From Mantamonas sphyraenae STR306 (lineage: Eukaryota; Protista; CRuMs), in assembly GCA_026936335.1 (NCBI GenBank), contig JAPMXV010000002.1, forward strand, positions 62,001-126,000: 64,000 nucleotides of DNA, written 5' to 3'. Positions 63,089-64,000 of this stretch are shown piece after piece (the stretch's first letter is position 1; each line of letters opens with the position of its first letter). Under the pieces are notes generated by a model that was not told the DNA's origin, did not search any database, and saw nothing but the letters and a program-made list of their open reading frames with translations. The translations under genes were made by a program, and so were the position numbers.

Positions 63089-63640
63089 GCACCAAGGCCA
63101 AGAAGAACTTTTTCCAGGTTGCTTCCCTGCTCAGCGAGGGCGGCGTTGGCCATCGAATGTACAGAACTTTGTGGAGTGGCCGCTACTCTGAGCCGTCGTA
63201 CTGGACTGTGACGCGCATCAAGCCCACCCAGGTCCGTTTCCTCTTTGCCCATTATCTCCACGGCCCCCGCACAGACGCACGCAACACGCACACACGCCGT
63301 AAACGTATCCATGGCCCACGCCATCTTGCAGAGACAACACACAAATGCGTGTGGTTGCCTGATCTGTATTCAGTGTGCCACACAACCGCGGGTTGGTCGT
63401 GGAGGCATGCGCAACCGCACGACACCAGCCGCTGACACACGACACACGACACACACACACACACACACACACACGTACCTCGCAACGGTGGACACATTAC
63501 AGGATGGCATGCATGGAAAGGCATGGGGTGTACTTACTTGGAGGGGCGCCGAGCTGGGCAAGGAGCAACGCATCCGCGGAGTGTTGAAGCGCGGCTGGCG
63601 ATTCCTGAAACCCGGCAGCGAAGGCGAAATGACAATGTGA
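63085..63640 (+). CDS. MRPS34: Mitochondrial ribosomal protein mS34; intron 63232-63502
   Basis: KKNFFQVASLL..GVGHRMYRTLW..SYWTVTRIKPTQ|DGMHGKAWGVLTWRG..IRGVLKRGWR. Confidence 0.88.
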
Positions 63641-63728
63641 GCAAAAAGGGGATGAGAACAACACAGGGAATGCAATGCATTTTGTTGCACCACACCCTCG
63701 GCACAGGGCAACATCATCATCATCACGA

Positions 63729-64000
63729 TCAAATCACATTCTCCTGGTGCACGTGACCAAAGTACAGGCGGAAACGCGGCTCGCGCTCCAATCCCTGCAC
63801 GTAGGCATGCAGATCGGCCAGCAGGGTCATTGCACATGGCACTGTCTGTCTCTCATCTGCATCCTTGTCGTCTTGGCCCAGCAGCAGCCCCTGATACTCG
63901 ATGTACGGGGCAAGAAACGGCGGCGTTTCCTGATCACTGTCGCCACACCCATCGCTCACCTCCTCCAAACCTGGCACCTGCGCGGCAAAACCGGGGAGGA
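63729..64000 (-). CDS. 3' end of an unidentified gene running off the window
   Basis: Protein-like ORF ending ...EPRFRLYFGHVHQENVI-stop, convergent on mS34; no family recognised. Confidence 0.4.
   Translation of the reverse strand, partial: LPGFAAQVPGLEEVSDGCGDSDQETPPFLAPYIEYQGLLLGQDDKDADERQTVPCAMTLLADLHAYVQGLEREPRFRLYFGHVHQENVI

Noticed and set aside
1-64000. Alternative genetic code, CRISPR arrays, tRNA/rRNA genes
   Set aside because: TAA, TAG and TGA all terminate genes at the expected ends, and no in-frame stops interrupt conserved domains. No spacer-repeat arrays or structural RNA signatures were seen.
63729-64000. RFRLYFGH as a histidine acid phosphatase motif
   Set aside because: It lacks the HD and lies at the extreme C-terminus; too little sequence to assign.

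Overview
Eukaryotic nuclear DNA from a GC-rich, extremely gene-dense genome. It is most plausibly a flagellated heterotrophic protist (CCDC148, EML, centrosomin-CM1 and a short mS34 are present), but the taxon cannot be determined from the sequence. About 28 protein-coding genes are packed end to end, with short GT-AG introns. In order: PIP5K (partial), membrane-anchored monoglyceride-lipase-like hydrolase, TRRAP/Tra1, GTP cyclohydrolase I, RapGAP, long RNase Z, CRAL-TRIO protein, a hidden two-exon microprotein, Rab5, two tandem F-box/LRR genes, EML, MPP6, a divergent cyclin, a hyper-acidic protein, a secreted prepro-type protein, CCDC148, HSF, Aquarius, a PX-domain Niban-like protein, a third F-box/LRR, ADAT1, a CM1 coiled-coil protein, a bacterial-type ATP-grasp enzyme, a BTB-GAF protein, codanin-1, mS34 and a partial ORF. 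Many conserved genes carry isolated 1-nt frameshifts, often in homopolymers or microsatellites, which are most likely assembly errors. No rRNA, tRNA, CRISPR array or mobile element was recognised. The most notable observations are: three F-box/LRR paralogs with a near-identical constant N-terminal cassette and hypervariable C-terminal LRRs; a signal-acidic spacer-KR-cationic peptide precursor; BTB+GAF and PX+Niban architectures; an intron-containing bacterial-type ATP-grasp gene; heat-shock elements in the HSF gene's own promoter; and near-zero intergenic spacing, including an ATGA stop/start overlap. All family assignments are motif recognition by eye, not database searches.
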